Below are positions 60,836 to 64,000 of a stretch of DNA of 64,000 nucleotides, in pieces. The stretch is from Utricularia gibba (lineage: Eukaryota > Plantae > Magnoliophyta): NCBI GenBank assembly GCA_002189035.1, contig NEEC01000002.1, forward strand, positions 4,340,001 through 4,404,000, read 5' to 3'. Under the pieces are notes generated by a model. It ran no database searches. It was not told where the DNA came from and saw only the letters and a list, made by a program, of their open reading frames with translations. A program made the translations under genes and the position numbers. Position 1 is the first letter of the stretch, and the number at the start of each line of letters is the position of its first letter.

Positions 60836-63598
60836 TGATAAATGGGAATTTCATGAGCATTGTTAAAAACTAATTTTTTGTATCAAATATATTTATAATC
60901 TCTAATTTTCACAAGATACAAATTCAATATAACAATGGATTTCGGAGTCAATCACAAGAAACACATGCTTGTAATGTATTTTTCGTGATAAAGAATTCAA
61001 AATAAATTTTACTCTTAGTCTAAATTCAAACTAAAAACGGTATGCACGTTTAGTAATGAAAATCAAATCATAATGTAAAAAATAGCAAATGCTGGTTCTA
61101 TGCAGCAAATAATAATATGATGCCTCTGGTCATTCATGTGATATGTTATTTAAGTTTCTAGTCTAATCTATAATTGGCCTATATGCACACTCTAAACAAC
61201 CTAAATCTATTTAGATTATTTTTTTATATTTTCGGTTAAGACATTCCTCAATGTCTTAATCATTTCACAGTAAAATCTATTCGAGTGCAAAATATAAAAA
61301 ACTAGGTCAAATTGGTTCTATCCAAAATTAACATCTACAATCCTCATCTTGATTCGTTGTTTTACCTCTAAGTCAAATATTCAAGTTACAATGTTGTTAG
61401 CTTCCCCATTTAGGCTTACCTAAGCCATGTTAGAAAAAAAAGGTAATGTACACAATGGCTACTCACACCTTGAGATATCTCTAAATTTAGCTACTCATAT
61501 GTGATTCATAAAACATGATCTTATTAATATAAACTAAAAAAAATATTATAAAAATCGTAAGATAAACTGTCACAGACACCAAATCTTTAGCAAACTAAAG
61601 ACAAAGTAAAATGTTTTATTTACTGTTCCGATTCATGCATGAAAACAGTAATCAGCACAACGAAGAATGCATTATAAGTTGAAAACACTAAAACAAGATA
61701 AATATTCAAGCATCAAATGTTAAGTGAGCTAGCAAGTTGCGAAGGTGCAGAAATCAAATGCAGAAAACAGAAAAGTTTGTTCAAGTATCCAAGTCAGTTA
61801 TGTGCATTGTCATCTTCTTCTTCTTGGTCCAGTTGGTACCAACGCTTTCTGGGATGGTTCCTAGTGTTCTACTACTGATAACAAATATTTTTTAATATTT
61901 AAGAATAGGAAAATATCTAATATTTTGCTATAAAACTCAAGTTCCAGCATGAATTTCTATACTTTTGTGATTAGTACTGCAGTCGCGTGTTTTATTCCTA
62001 TTTGGGACTAAATCATAATTTAATCTCAACCTCAAACTTAATTGTTTTCTGGAGGAATGTAGCAATTGTCAGCCAACCCAATTCCTAGGAGTCGAGAAGA
62101 GTATAGTGAAATTGATAAAAGTATAAAGAAAAAGTTGAAGGTAGCAATGTAATTCCAAAGAAGTAAAAAAGTAGATTTTTGGAAATGATGGGAGAGAGAT
62201 AAGAGGAGAGAAGACCTTGAACAACGGACCAGACACTTTTGTGGGGGGAGGGGGATTTGAAGAAAAACTCGCAAGAACTTGCAAGAAAAAATAAGCAGAC
62301 ATCCCAAGAATGAAGCTCATGTCTAAAGACTGTCTTTTGATTTCAAAGAATATTACTCAGTTAAGAGTAGCTTGCGACAGTTTTAGTTTTCTGTTGGACT
62401 TTTTACATTCCATGCTTGTTTGTTTTCTGGTTATCGAACTTTGATGATATTTTATGTTTTATTTTCATTTATCTTAAGTATGAGTGACTAAGCACTTAGG
62501 GATGCCTTGAGGCCAAAGAGGTGTAATGTGCTAATCAATCTTTTGACCTTATTAATCATATATCACACTACTTCCTTATCAAACTAGGATAGATCTAGGA
62601 GGTGGAAGGAGTGACATTGATGTTAACAACCCTAATTAGAGGTAGATCAAATATTAGGGAAAAACAAGGGTTTAAGTAGATCTAGACTTTTACTTGTTAG
62701 ATGTATGATTTGTGGTATATATAAGGTTATTCTGGTGATGAGCATGCAAGTTTTAGAAGCCCCAAGGTATCACTTTCTTTCACTTTAGACAAAGATTTGT
62801 TTCTACCCATTTCCTATCTTTCTGCTTAGTATCGTTGAACTACCTTAATTTTAGCTTACACTATATCTCTTAATCGTGACATCTACTAAATGCATTGATA
62901 ATCACGTAACAAGCACCTGCTCTTCGTATTTGACCCTAATCACTATGCTCATAGTTGTATTATGCTTGAATGTGTATTAAGTTTATAAATTTTATTTGAT
63001 AGAAGAAATTTGCATTTTAACGACATTGAATATTTTTCGTTTATCAACTACCACTCAGGGTGATGGAGGTGGTTCTAGTGTCACTTTGAAATTTTGTTGT
63101 CTTTTTCGCACAAACAAATCTTTGTTCTATAGGACTCAAGGTGCTAGAATTGAGTTACACTGTCACATTGGAATTATCCCTTCTTTGACTTCTTCCCTGA
63201 AACATGTTCAAGTTCATCGAAAAATCTCACCCAACATTTGAAATCTTCGTTCTCTCTCTCTCTTTACTCGATCGCATGCCCCTATGGTGTGCCTTAGAGA
63301 GGCTTAGCTTTTTGCGGATACAAATGCATAATTGCTATTTTGCCCTTGGACTAATAAATATTACGCAGAGTTGTAGAATACATGATATAGCTCAAATGGG
63401 CTGACCATTCTTGGGCTTGGATGAAATAGTAAGGTCACCCCAAGAAATAGATAGACATAAAATAGATCCAAAATATGTTTTTACACACACTAAATTTACT
63501 AACACTAATTTTGATATTTTTACCTATTCGAACTCACCTAACTCCTCTTCCTAACACTGAAAAAGAACACGAATATTACTGATTTTGATTTAACATCA
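60836..63598 (-). mobile_element. Ty3/Gypsy LTR hosting a nested solo LTR
   Basis: Minus-strand TGATGTT start at 63598 and ...TTTATCA end at 60836; homologous to about 10000-10998. TSD not matched. Confidence 0.65.
61876..63046 (+). mobile_element. Solo LTR, 1171 bp
   Basis: TGATAA...TTATCA termini; perfect TSD ACTAC (61871-61875 and 63047-63051); same family as 12035-13205. Confidence 0.92.
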
Positions 63599-64000
63599 GT
63601 GCTAAATTGGATTTCCATACTTGTTCTTCAATTCAAAGGTTCTTCTCTAAAAATCGTGTTCATCCTTCTTCCCTTTGTTGTGATGTCTCTATATAGCCTT
63701 CTTTTGCGGTTTCTCTCCCTTCCAAATTTTCTCCTTCTTTTATTTTTCAATGCAAGTATGGTTTGTAAAAATTGTACTATTTCTAGCTCTAATTAATAGT
63801 TTGCTATGACGAAAGTTGCAGTCTCTTTTGTGTTGTGTGTCTTGATGTCTATTGAGTAACTCCTGTACAAAATTTATGTCTTGCCCCTAATTCTAAGACC
63901 TTCTTGCTAGACTCAAAATCAGTTAGAATAGAGAGTGGGATTTTGCCCACAAGCATGCCAAAACATACGTATTCCTAAATTTTGGCAAGATACTTAAAAT
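63599..64000 (-). mobile_element. Partial Ty3/Gypsy LTR running off the window
   Basis: 63900-64000 resembles 11495-11600 and 28570-28680. Confidence 0.6.

Overview
AT-rich flowering-plant nuclear DNA. Six host genes sit among old, nested transposon debris: a partial At3g53490-like membrane protein gene (-), a DYW-class PPR editing factor (At5g09950/MEF7-like, +), HCF152 (-), RPS23 (-), an ICR/RIP ROP effector (-) and PIP5K9 (+). The TE space holds five solo LTRs with perfect 5-bp TSDs, degraded Athila-like Ty3/Gypsy and Ty1/Copia internal regions, two hAT elements, hAT derivatives/MITEs and two PIF/Harbinger relics. I found no intact retroelement. Main points: (1) the two organellar PPR genes are tail-to-tail with only 45 nt between stop codons; (2) MEF7-like and PIP5K9 carry 4-5 single-base losses, all in homopolymer runs, most likely assembly errors; (3) three solo LTRs lie 7, 18 and 49 bp from hAT termini; (4) a 45-nt templated-insertion scar lies in the PIP5K9 leader intron. 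I could not establish a new biological system; the candidates below are hypotheses. Orthologue names and AGI codes are recalled from memory and need BLAST confirmation. No tRNA, rRNA, miRNA or CRISPR array was recognised.
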